A stretch of 64,000 nt of DNA, from contig NW_024704743.1 in the NCBI RefSeq assembly GCF_018977255.1, positions 19,842,001 through 19,906,000 on the forward strand, written 5' to 3'. The notes under the pieces are model-generated. The model searched no databases. It saw only the letters and a program-made list of their open reading frames with translations, and had not been told where the DNA came from. The DNA comes from Callorhinchus milii. Taxonomy: Eukaryota. Made by a program: the position numbers and the translations under genes. Below are positions 1-12,600 of the stretch, one piece after another (the stretch's first letter is position 1; every line of letters begins with the position of its first letter).

Positions 1-3000
1 GGGAATAATAATACATTATTATTAAAAAATACATTCCATATTCTGACACTGAAGCTCCCACCAGTAACAAACATCCTCCAGCAGAGCAAATCTTAACAAA
101 CCTGCAAATTTCTTATTTTTAAAATATTCACACAGATCGTTGGTTTTGCACTCTTACCTTCTGGCTCTGTTAGAGATAGGTCTAGCAACCTACTGCATGT
201 TTATTGGGAAATTTAGAGTTGATTTATTAGTCTATTCAATCTCAGGCGTATTGAGCTCAGAAGGATAGTTTATTAGTTTGCTCTCTGGACAGCTGCCTGG
301 CCATATATAAAGTACTTGTAGAAGCTGACGAATGCAGAGTTGAATTTGACGTGTGATTGCCCTGCTTCTCATTAATTGTATTTTACTGAGATAATGATGT
401 TGGCGCTCTGCTGGTGTTCACAGTCGGAAAGTCAATAACAAGCTAGGCTCCTTTTCCACGCTCATGATATTTTCTTCACACAATATAATTTACATTTATA
501 TAGCAGCTTTCATGTCGGGAGGACATCTCAAAGTGTTTAAATCATGAACTGAATTAACAGCTTTGTCCTATGATGACGAAGGTATCAACTTTGCTTCAAG
601 TTTAAATAAGCAGAAGAAGTAGAAGAAGAATTCTTGTATTTAGTATAGTGCCTTTCACATCAGGAGGATGTCCAAAAGCGTTTCACAGGATTCATTGTAA
701 AGTGGAGTGACTTTTGTCTTTGTGGGTGAACGGGGCAACCAGTTTTGCATATGACAACGTCATACAAACAACCATGGAGTGAATGAACAATTTTATTTGG
801 GGGATTGTTGGCCAAGACATTAGGAGAAACTTCCTTCTCTTTTTAAATAGTGGCTAGGATTTTTAGTGTCCACCTGAACAGGTGGATGAAGGATGGCACC
901 TCCAGCAGTACAGCACACCCCCAGCAGCGCATTGGAGTGTTACTAAAACTATACGAATTCCAAGTCCCGACATGGGGCTTGAACATTCTGACTCAGAGGC
1001 GGGAGGAGGGTTGCAATTCCAGGAATCTTGATGCTGGGATCCCGGGATCTCATATGGTAATAGTGCTCCCCAAATCCTGGGATTCATTGAAGAGAATGCT
1101 GGGATTTGCAGATTGTATAAAGGCTGAGTCTGGACAGAAGGGAAGGACAGGTCTTCCTGCTAAGCTGTTGAGAAGGAGCCATTGGGATCAGACAAGTGGG
1201 TGTTTAATCCTCTCAGGCGTCCTCCCCTCCAAGGGATGCACTCTTTGAGGTATCCCATTGCTGTGGAGAACAACCACAGACTTTCTGGATAAGGTAAAAT
1301 TGGGGAACCAGTATCCCAGGATTTGGGACATTAAAATGCCCCAAATCCCCAGGTGTGCTACCAACCAACCCAGGGCTGACACCCTGACAATAACGTCACA
1401 TCTTAATCACACCATTGCTTTATCTTAAGCAAAGTAGATTTATCCTCAAACTTCACCAAGGAATAAGTCACAACTCCCTGCAGAATGTCCCGAGAACATT
1501 CCCATAACAGGCTGGATTTTATATACCAAGACTCGCTGGTGATTAACTCAATCTCCTCACTAAAAATGATGGGAATTCTCATTAGAAAGACATACAGAAA
1601 AATTTGCCTAAAGTCGAACCAAACCTCACATGGAAATCGTGGACAATGAAAAGAAATGAAGGCATAGGTGTTGTAATTGCTTTTCCAGCCTGACCTACAA
1701 AGCGGGTCAATATATTCCCGCTACCTTGCTCACCGATCTTTCTTATGCCTTTATCCTAATCCCTGCAAATTAGATTCCTTCTGAACCTGTCATTGTATCG
1801 CACACGTACATCACTTTTAACACCTCTACTCAGCCTTTCACAATCTGTTAATGACCCATTAGCCATTAGCCGTCTCTCTGTAACTGCAGGCTGTTTGAAT
1901 AGATATGACCTACAACTGGTTTTGATTTTTTTAGATTTATCTTTCTCAATCCTATCAAGGGGCTTCTCTGACCCATTGCTTCTGTTCTGAAACATTAACC
2001 TACCTTTTTCTTTCAGATTCTGGTTGATACACTCCATATTTCCAGCACTTTCGGATTACATGAGAATACATTAGAATATACTGCACAGAAACAGGCCATT
2101 CGGCCCAACTGTTCTGTGCTGGTGTTCATGCTCCACATGAGCCTCCTCCTGCCTTTCCTCAACTAAGCCTTCAAGCATAACCTTCTATTCCTTTCTCCCT
2201 CATGTACCTATCTAGCTTTCCCTCAAATACATCTATGCTATTTATAATAATAATAATCCTTGTGTTTGATTTAGCGCTTTTATATCTTCTAAATGTCTCA
2301 AAGCGCTTCACAGAATATATTGTAAAGTGAATTGACTGTATATTTGTGGGCGAAATGTGGCAGATTTGAGTCAATGCGTTTGAATCATGTAAGAGAAGGA
2401 TTACTATATGAACACAGGTTATATCTTTATCTGTATGTTATTTATAATTCAAGGGCAATTTCTGTGCTTTCTGCTGATTTGATTCCAGCAGTACCCCAAT
2501 GCTGTCTCTGAGGTCCTATTGCCAGCCTACATCTAATAATTTCTAGAATTAGGTAGGTAGGATGATTTCCTACAGGGGGTGAGTACACATTCAATTCCAT
2601 AACACGGCAATTTCCACGTGTAGATGAGGTGCATGGAACCCTCAGTTTAGTTTGGATACTCTTTAAACAGTGATGGGTTTCCACATGTGCCAGACACCCA
2701 CCTGATCCCCAAATCCTATATTTCCAAGATTTAAGGATCCAGGAATTGTTCCAATCGTTTCTATTATCTAGACCAGCATGATCCAACAGGTGGCCCACAG
2801 GCCACAACCAGCCCGGTGGGTGATTTTATCCAGCCTGAGACCATTTCAAACATTCCAACTTCCTCTCCCTCCCTGCCTCCCTCCCTCCCTCCTGGTGAAC
2901 ATCCTTCCACAGCAGCAACAGGAGCGGTTGGGATGGACGAAGCACGGAGAGTGGAAAGAATGTCTGCAGTTGTGCAGTCTGTCAGGAAGCAAACGCGTCT

Positions 3001-3064
3001 CTTACCACCCGTGTCCTCAGCAACCACTGCTCCTGTCATTGCAGATAGGGATGCACGTGGCTGA

Positions 3065-3250
3065 TTGGGAGAGAGAGGGATTGAGAGGTGGAGGAAGAGG
3101 TGGCTACAGAGAGGGGCAGAGAGAAAGGGGGGACAGGGAAGGGCAGAGAGAAGGGGGAACAGGGAGGGGCAGCAAGAGAGGGGGGAGAGAGAGAGGGCAT
3201 GGGTGGGGAGAAAGAGGGGAGGAGAGAGGAAGGGGAGGAGATAGAGGAAG
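3065..3250. repeat. Low-complexity GA-rich polypurine tract
   Basis: Almost entirely G and A on the + strand. Confidence 0.85.
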
Positions 3251-5419
3251 TCTTTCCCTTTTCAAATATTTCAAGGGATGTGCAATGAGTAATGACCCAC
3301 TTGAAGAATAGGTCTCTGATCCAAAGGATGGCACCACCAACAATGAAGCACTCCTCCAGTATTGTACTGCAGAATCAGCCTAGAATATGAGCTCAATTTC
3401 TGGCACGCAGCTTGAACCCACAACCTTCTAAACCAGAGGTGTTAGCTTCCTACTAACTTAGGCACCCAAGGGACAGTTGGAGTTTGCTATTTTCCAAATT
3501 GATTGATTAATTATGCTTCATGTTCGTTCCCCAATTCAGACACTCTGCTCCGCTCTATGAAACTCCATCCCAAAGTCTCTCTGATGCATCCCCCCTCTCC
3601 CCACTTTTAAAGACTGACTTAAGACTTACCTCTTTGACGATACTTTCACTCAGCTCAGCTAGTCCCTCTCCAGCCCAGGTATCCAGCTGACTATATAAAG
3701 AGCTTTGAGATGTCCTCCTGACATGAAAGGCACTATAATAAATGTAAATTTTACTGCATTATAGATCTTTATAGTTTAACATGGCAGTCACAAAGAACAT
3801 CTTGTTTTTGATTATTAGAAATTGTAAAACAATGTTATTTTGGAGAAATTAGCTTGAAGTTCACCTTATTTTCTTTATTGAGAGATTAGGTTTGAAAGAT
3901 AATACAAAAAAATTACATGTGACATATTAATTTATTTCCCATAAATCATATGATACATATTAAAAATTAATAACTACAAATAAAAGATCTTCTATGGTAA
4001 ATGATACAATGTATCCACTTCAGATCAATACATAGTAGATAAATAATTGCACTTATATAAAAACTTTCACTTAGAATGAAATATCGTGAAGTACTTCAGA
4101 GAGAAATTATCAGGCAGGGAGGAAAGGTTCATGGCCAAGTGGATTTGGCGGAGGGTTCCAGAGAGCCAGATGATAATGATAATAATACTTGGATTTGATA
4201 TAGTGACCTTCACGCTGGGAGGACATCTCACAGGATTTTACCATATTGTATAACAATTATTGTGTAGGCGAACGTGACACCAAATTTCAATACAGCAATG
4301 TCCCACAAACAGCAAGGAAGTGAATGATCAGTTATGTGGGACACTGTTTATCAAGACAATGGGAGAAACTCCCTTCTTTTTTCGAATAATGGCATTGAAG
4401 CATATAGCACTTGGGTTTAACATTGCATTCGAAGGAAGGCGCCTCCAACAACACACTGGACTATCGGCCTAGATTACAACAAAAGTCCTAAGCAACCCAC
4501 AACCTTCTGTGTTAGAGGTGAGATTGCTAGCTGACTCCTGGCTGACAATGACTGAGGCTCAGGGCAGAAGTTGAACAAAGATATATAATTAGAATGCATT
4601 TCTCTATGCACTGTTGCAAACACAGATCACAAATGTGAAAAGACAAATGCACTCAAATATATTTATCCCTTAATGCAATTCCAGAGTTAACTTCTTTGCT
4701 GAAATAGTGGTGGACTAGAGGTTTTAATATGTCACAAGTCATTTGTGTTGTGATAACTTGTTAAGTCAAAAAATGTAAAGCAGCATTCTGAATCTCAAAG
4801 ACCCACCCCCCACTCCGTCTCAAAGGATATATACTCTATAATAATAATAATCCTTGCATTTGATATAGCGCTTTTCATGTCTTCTAGACGTCTCAAAGTG
4901 CTTCAGAGAATATACCGTAAAGTGAATTGACTGTATATTTGTGGGCAAACACGGCAACCAATTGCACACAGCAGTGTCCCGCAAACAGTCGTAGATTGAA
5001 AATGACCAATTTATTATTTTTTTGTTTTAGAGGGATTATTATTAGGCGTGTGGAGTGTTCAGTAATTAAGACACGTATACACTGAAAGCAGATAAACAAA
5101 ATCTCATGCAACTGAGGTGACTTAGCAGATCTAATCTGAATAGGGTGAAAATGATACATACTGCAGCTCTATAAGAAACTGAAGCAGCTACTTAAACAAT
5201 TCAGATTGAATATATGGTGTGCAGCAGAGAAACAACAACTTGCATTTATAGATTACCCTTCACACAGAGTAGCATTACAAAACGCGAGAGAAAATAGTTA
5301 CAGGGAAAGTAGTTTTAAGCATCCACAACAAGAATGAAGGATGATAAGGGCAAAGTTATGCAATAAGTTATTGTAAAATGTAACCTACTGTTAATGTAAA
5401 TACTGTGAATATATCACTC

Positions 5420-6935
5420 TACAACAACAACAAATGGCATTTATATTACGCCTTTCACTTCAGGAGGACATCCCAAGGCGCTGCACAGTCAAGGACCTGA
5501 GCTGGGGGTTGGAATGAAGATGGGTGGATGGGAGGGGGTGTGAGGATAATCGAAGGCATAATCAAAAAGGAAGGTCTTGAGACTGACCTTCAAGAAGGCA
5601 AGGGAGAGAGCGAGACAGAAAGACTCCATGACAGAATTCCAGAGAGTGGGGGCATAAAGGCTGAAAGCCCGTCCGTTGATGGTGGAGTAGGCAGGGGGCA
5701 GATATGAAGCAGCCCACTGCCTGACAAGCAGAGGGAGTGGGTAGGTTGGTAAATTTTTTGGAGGTGGCAGAGGTAGCCTGAGGGCAGAAGGAGTTGCAGA
5801 GGTGGGCAATGTTGCGGAGGTGAGAGAAGGCAGAGCGGGTTATGCCACAAATGTGGGGTTTAAAGGACAGTTGAGGGTCAGACAAGGCACCAAAGGGTTC
5901 CGTCTGGATCAATGAGGTGAAAACTGCAGCTGTGAATAGTGATGCTGTCAGCACCTGAGGTGAGGAAACTCTGATGGGAGCCAAGCAAGAGAGCCTCAGT
6001 CTTGTTGACATTTAACTGGGGAAAGTTAGCTCTCATCCAGCACTTGATGCCTGTCAGACATTCCAACAACAACAACAAGATTGTATTTATAGAGCGCCTT
6101 TCACGTCAGGAGGACGTCCCAAGGCATTGGACAGTTGGGTTGGGACCCGAGCAGGGGACACCAGTGGTCCTGGAGTCGAGGATGGAGGCAGAGATAGTGT
6201 TAGGTGTCATCTATATACAGGTGGAAGTTAACCCCATACCTGTGGATGATATCACTGAGCGAGAGCATGTAAATATTAAAGAGGATCAAGGACAGAGCCC
6301 TGAGGAACACCACATGTGACGGTGCAAGTGCTGGAGGAGAAGCCGTTAGCAGATACAATGTGGAGTAATGGGAAAGGTAAGAATGAAACCAGGCAAGGTC
6401 AGAACCATGAAGGTGAAGCTGAGGAGAGGTGGTGGATAAGAATAGAATGGTAAACAGTGTCAAAAGCAGCAGAGAGATTGAGAAGGACAAGGAGAGAGCC
6501 CCACTCACAGATGGACAGACTGTCATTTGTGATTTTGACCAAGGCTGTCTCTGTGCTGTGGGCAGCACAGAAACCAGAAAGGAGGGGTTCATCCAGGTAG
6601 TGGCAGGAAAGAATGATGCTAGGTCTCAGTCCAGGACCTTGGAAAGAAAAGGAAGGTTGGAGATGGGACAGTAGTTAGAGAATAGAGATGGGTCAAGGGA
6701 AGGTTTTTTGAGGGTGGGGGTGTTTATAAAGAGGCGGGAATAGTGCCAGTGGACAAAGGTTGACGATATCTGTTAGTAGGGGTGCAAGGAGGTGGATCTG
6801 GGAGGTAAGAAGAGCAAGGATGGGATCAAGGGAGCAGGTGGTGGGCTTCATTTGGGAAATGTTGGAGGTGAGAGACGGGGGAGTTGTGGTCAAAAGTGTG
6901 GAGGGAATTTTGAAAGTTTGCATATTACCTCATGA
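5420..6935 (-). mobile_element. L2-clade LINE, 5'-truncated and degenerate; a second L2 3' tail is nested at about 6063-6155
   Basis: RT fragments ([41 protein letters not shown]) and a (TTG)n 3' tail. Confidence 0.88.
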
Positions 6936-7789
6936 GACTGGACCTCAGGGCTAGTGTTCATACAAAAGATGCACTCATTCTGTTCATCTCCATAGATACA
7001 CAGCAGCATACAGCTTTTATTGGTGAAGGAATTTGTTTTGTTCATTCTAGTTGTTCCAGTTAACTTTTGACTCCCATTTGTATTTGGAAGTAATTTTTTT
7101 TGTGTGTGACCACTTTAGTAAGGCATCTAAAAAATCTTCACTGTCCAGAAATAAAATGAACAATAATTTTAGTTAGCAATAGCCAACAAATGTGTCACCT
7201 AGCAAGAGGGTGTGTAAGTGGTCTGAGATGCTTCACCACGTGAAGGGTGCTATATAATTACAAATTGTTGTAATAATTGATGTTTGGGTTACAGGTTGTT
7301 GTAAAAGCTGAGATAACATAGCAAAAAAATACTATGAGAGCGGAATCAGAAGGGAGGCTCATGTGGAGCATAAACACTGACATGAACGAGTTGAGCTGGT
7401 TCTACAAAATTCTATGTAGTTGGAGTATTCAGCACATTTCTTACAGATATAGATAGGACATCCCTGAGGGGGCACCTAATGAACAGAGTCCAATATACGT
7501 GATCATTAAAAATAGCTATATTCCCCATTAAATCTTTATATTGGAAATTCCGACCGGAAAGACATGGGAAAAACATTACCTTTTAGTAATCAGACTTAGG
7601 CTCCAATCTCTTACAGTTCTATGCTATAAAAGTAGAATTGGACAAAGGCCTTTTGGCCCATCCAATCTCATTCGTCCAGAACACTCACCCTGCCATTTCC
7701 ACCCCCCACCCCATCACAATCGTACCCTCATTTCTGATTTGTTGTTTGACAAACCAAAACAATAAAAGCTATTTTCAATCTATAATACA

Positions 7790-8160
7790 ATACAAACTAT
7801 AGCGCCTTTCACGTCGGGAGGACGTCACAAGGCATTGGATAGTCAGGAATTTGGACCCAAGTGGGGGAGTGGGGGGGCCGTGGGGGTTGGGCTAAAGGAG
7901 GGTGGAGAGCAAGGAGGATAGGAGGGTGGCTGAAGGCATGGTCGAAGACGAGGATCTCGAGAAGTGCTTTGAAGGAGGTAAGGGAGAGGCGAAGGGAATG
8001 TGGGATGGAGTTCGAAAGGGAGGGGACGCAGAAGCTGAAGGCTTGACCACTGATGGTGGGGCAGGCCGGGTAGGTGAAGTGGAGCAGGCCAGAGCCTGCT
8101 GAGCAGAGGGAGTGGACAGGTTGATAAAGGGTTAGTAGGTCACAGGGGTAGGAAGAGGGT
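7790..8160 (-). mobile_element. L2 LINE 3' fragment
   Basis: Same 3' end as the other L2 copies (gacgtcctcccgacgtgaaaggcgctat). Confidence 0.8.
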
Positions 8161-8440
8161 AGGAATGCAGGACAGTATTTTGCAGTGTAAATGGAAATGC
8201 CTCCAAAATAAAGCCCCTATCTGTTAAAGATTTAATGAAATAAAGACAAAAATACACCTCAGTTCAATCATCCTGTGAATAAGATGTTGGTTTGCGTTAT
8301 GGGTCCAGGTTTTAGATAACATTTTCGAGCATTTTTAAAGTTGTCTCTCTACCAATGGATATGAAATGGATGACAAGAACTCCTGTTTCAAAGAAAAAAA
8401 TGACCACCAATCAAAACACTAGTGTATACATTAGATAAAC

Positions 8441-8446
8441 TTTATT
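8441..8446 (-). terminator. Candidate polyadenylation signal AATAAA (3' UTR about 1 kb)
   Basis: AATAAA on the minus strand, followed downstream by a GT/T-rich tract. Other AATAAA copies at about 9048, 9210 and 9342 are alternatives. Confidence 0.4.
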
Positions 8447-9441
8447 TGACCCTTATTGGTACTAGTCACAGCAGTGTGCCAGTTATATGGAACTCCTGTT
8501 CATTCATCAGGATAATGTTAATAAGGATTATCTTATAACCAATTTAATAAACAGTCTATTGGCTAACAATACACTGCAGACAAAGCATGCATGACCAACA
8601 ACCAAAGCAAAGCAAACCAGATGACGCTCACGTTTTCAGACCCCATTTTATAATAGCCCAGAGTCCTCTAGGCCAGAGGGGGCATACATTTCCTTTGGAG
8701 TAAAACACTGTTGATTGAACTGTACACAGACAATTCACTTCAGTGCAAAGAAAGTGCTTGAGATATCCGCAGTGCATAGAAAGAAAAACATAATTCCATC
8801 AAGGAAATACCTTCAATGTACTATACTATAAAGCAGAGTTTAGTCATTTTGTGCATCTCACAAGCATTTGAAGATACAAATGTGTACTGATTAGTATTCA
8901 ATCTTTTCAAAATTAGCCAACAATCATTTGTAACAGAAGATACCATATTTGATATGAGTATTTGAAACTTAAATCACTTTTCAAAAACAGGAATTTGCAA
9001 ATACCCTAAAAGCAAACTAAGCAAAATTGCTTATAGCTACTTTTTAATTTATTTTTTAAATCACACTTGTGCTGCAGCCAGTTATGATCAGGGCTGATCA
9101 CAAGCTGCAAACTACACCCAACAGTTGATAAAGTTTGTTATGCAGTTACGGACTAGCCCAATCAATGTTGCTACTTCGGTTTATATTAAAGTATAACATT
9201 AGTAAAAGCTTTATTGACTGCAAGATACCCTTCTTAGTGAATGACCACATTGGTCATTGAGAAGAACAGGTAGTTGGAAAGTCCTAGGTGTACAATAATC
9301 AGGAATACAATAATGAAAAGCCACTAGATAGTAAATATGGGTTTATTATACTTAACAGATTCATTGCTCCCTTTTAATATTTGAATTACCGTTTAGTGTA
9401 ATAAAAATAAAGGATTAAGCACAAACGGCAAGAAACTAGAT

Positions 9442-9618
9442 TTAGTGAAAAGGTTCGACATAGTTTGCTGGAAGCATTCCAGTGTTTCCAGTTCTCTGGA
9501 CAGTGCCATACATCCAACCCTCATCAATCGCCTGGACATTGACGATAAAATCGCCATCCTTGAAGGAAACCTCATCATCATCCGCTGCAGTGTAGTCATA
9601 CATTGCCCTGAATGTCCT
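9442..9618 (-). CDS. NEBL: NEBL exon 28, SH3 domain: [58 protein letters not shown]
   Basis: 177 nt including TAA; classic nebulin-family SH3. Confidence 0.97.
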   Translation of the reverse strand, partial: RTFRAMYDYTAADDDEVSFKDGDFIVNVQAIDEGWMYGTVQRTGNTGMLPANYVEPFH

Positions 9619-12600
9619 CTGTGTAATAAAAACACAAATAGTTACAGTAAATTGTTTGACAGATTAAGAGTTAGCGGGCAGATCTTGCAACCAGTCACTG
9701 TCTAACTTGATTCTCTTTTTCATGATATAATGCATCAGCTAAGCTGGATACCAAAGTCTCTTTGTACGAAGAACAAATAAGATTTGAAATTCTCACAGAA
9801 TAACTTTGCAGTGGATACCCTGGGTACGTTGAGCACTTCTGCTGATTCTGGAGTACTCCATAAAAAAAGTCACATAACAATGGAAGACCACAAAGAGAGG
9901 TACCGTATGTATCAGCTGATGGTAGAATCCAGGACACTCCAGACACGTGTTACACTATTGATTGAGTGCAACACCTGAATATGTGCCAGTAGTTGTGGAG
10001 GAGATAATCACAACTGGGGTCTTTTTGCAGTATTTTTTAAATGCATAAATCTGAATAGACATTAAATCTAAATTTAAATAAATCTAAATCTCCATCCAGC
10101 AACAGGAAGAACACTATGCATATCACACTCACTAAATTCAAAGTGACATTCCTCTGGGTTGGCTGTTGTGGATTTCCAGATTTCATTTAAGAAATGTGTT
10201 AAATACTGCAAATTAGACCCAAACTCTTAGTGAAAAATCATGTTTAAAACTCAGTAAGTTAATCATTATGCCTCCGATTATAAAAATCACAACTGACTGA
10301 AAAGGAATACTCATTGCTCAGTGAATACTCACCGGCGTCATTCTATAACCAGTGAAGAAAAGTACAACTAGTTCACTCACCAACAAGACTGATTGAGAAT
10401 GCTGAGGCCTCATAGAGGAAACACTGGACTGGTGCATGTAGCCAAAACCTGAGGAATGAGGAGACTGTACCTGCTGGTATGCCCCAGGAAGGACAGCAGC
10501 TACAGAAAGATAATTATAAAAAATTACATAACATTCCATACATGTGATATGGTGCTTTTCACAAAGCACTTCTCAGGATATACTGTAAAATCCAGTGACT
10601 GCACATTTTGTAATCATCATCAAGAGAACTATTTTTAGTTCTGCTTTACGAAAGTTTCACACAAAGCTTCAAATCAATTGATTTTGATGATCCCTAGTTA
10701 CACAGTACTGGACCCAAGATGAGAATATTGCCTCCTCCTGTGTTTTCTCATCAAATTTGAGTGTGTTGTTCTTTTTCCCTTGTGATTTTCCTCTGCCCAA
10801 AAGGCACTTAAATGTCAGCATGAAAATCATATTGGATTACAGAACCCATATTAAATTAGCACCAGCTTCCATGTTTTATATAAAAATGTTAAACTTAATA
10901 TTCCTCTTGAAACGTTGGTGTTCATCAATAAGGCATTTTGCCACTGTAGAATTCAGTAGGTAGCCATTACGGGGATTGAGATAAGATGATTATGTTTATT
11001 AACACTGCATTCTCTTGGTGAAATACTGCTTTGTAGAAAAACATTTGCAGGCTGAGAGTGATCATTTTACTTAATTCAACAATGCGGAAGAGTATCATAG
11101 TTTGGATATTATTGGTTTTTTTATATATGCACCAGAGAGCCTGATATCTGCATGAATTGGGACCTGCCCCCATTGTAGATACAAAAAGTGTGGATATCAG
11201 GTCACCATGTAAAATGCTGTCCATTTCACTTTTTAGGTCTGTATACAGCTGAAATATCTGGGTAAACATTAATCTAACGATATTACCTCATCTTCCAGAC
11301 TCTAGAATTTTTGATCCATAGGTAGAGATAAAGGTATGGAGAGCGAGCAGGAGATTGGGATGAATGTGATTTTAAAAAAAAACACCAACCCAAGCTACAT
11401 AACCAGGATAACTAGAGCCTTTCCACCTCATCAACAGATCTCTGGCGTATCTCTACAGTCTGCATCCCATTGTCATCCAATAAGTGATTAACAGGAAGGG
11501 CAAATGTTGTGTAGGAAACATTAAGTATGGAATAGGGCCAACTAGAAAACTGCATTCTCAATGTTGGAGTGGAAGACTTGTGCAATAAAGAACTAGAAAC
11601 AGAGATAGTTTGATTGTTCCTTGAAAAAACATAGTATGTCCAATCATTTTTCTAATTTTCTCTCCATTGGCATAAGCCTCTCTGTTCCTGGTCTGGCCTT
11701 CTCTTGTTGGGGTGCAGTTCCACAGGCACTGGTTGCTTTTTGGCCATTGTTCATGTGTGAGCCTTGGCACTGTGCGTTATGTAACTGTCAGAGACGTTAC
11801 AACAATGACAACAACAACTTGTTGACAACAACAATATAGTGCCCTCCACGCCGGATGGCGTCTCAGAGCTCACAGAGTGTAGAACGCTATATAAATGCAA
11901 GTTGTGCTGGTAGGCTACTCGATTATAAAAGGTGTCACAGCTAAACCTGACATCTCCCCACCCATCTGCCACATGTGCAGAACCAGTAGCGGGTGTGGTA
12001 GAGGGATGGGGAGCAGGAGCTCCAGCTGGCTTTCACCTCTATAAACCCGGGAAGGCCTGGGCCAAGGTAGTCTCTCCATGCATTCCTGGTTAAGACCAGC
12101 AAATGCAGTAGGGACCAGAATTCCAACCAGTGACTCTGCAGCTCTCCCCGCTACACTATTGCTCCTGCCCTTTTTGGTTCATTTTTGAAGTTAAATTATT
12201 TATTTCCTGCTCTCCGTTTTTCCTCTCAAACATTTACAGCTTCTGTAAGAAAGCAGAATGTGTACCAGAAGCTTATAGGGTACAAGACACCATATTATAA
12301 TGCTATCCTGCTGCAGTCAGGGGTAATTTACTCTTTAGCAATGGTAGAGTAGAAGACAAGTAGTTCTCTGGTTAAGCTAAAGCCCAGATATTCCAGGTTC
12401 AATTTTACCCTTGAGCCCTCATTACAAGCATCTGTCTTGACTTGATGGTCCAAAGATAATAAATGCAGGCCCTAAGTGCATCTCCAAAGGACAGATGCTC
12501 CATAACTATGTTACCAATACAGAGACTAAAAAAACAAGCTGTCTAGCCATCTTTTGTTTGCAATAGCAGTGCTCATTTCATGTTCACATGTAAAACGTGC

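Noticed and set aside
850..1386. 132-aa ORF and possible hAT-like ends at about 1007 and 1386
   Set aside because: The ORF overlaps an antisense SINE, and the terminal match is too weak with no TSD
2764..3343. Overlapping ORFs of 66-177 aa
   Set aside because: Produced by stop-poor GA/CT low-complexity sequence; no recognisable domain
9442..9618. Calling the gene nebulin (NEB), because several SH3 residues look nebulin-like
   Set aside because: Only about 23 repeat exons follow a short acidic start, and the AVLPGAYQQ...YMHQ linker is nebulette-type
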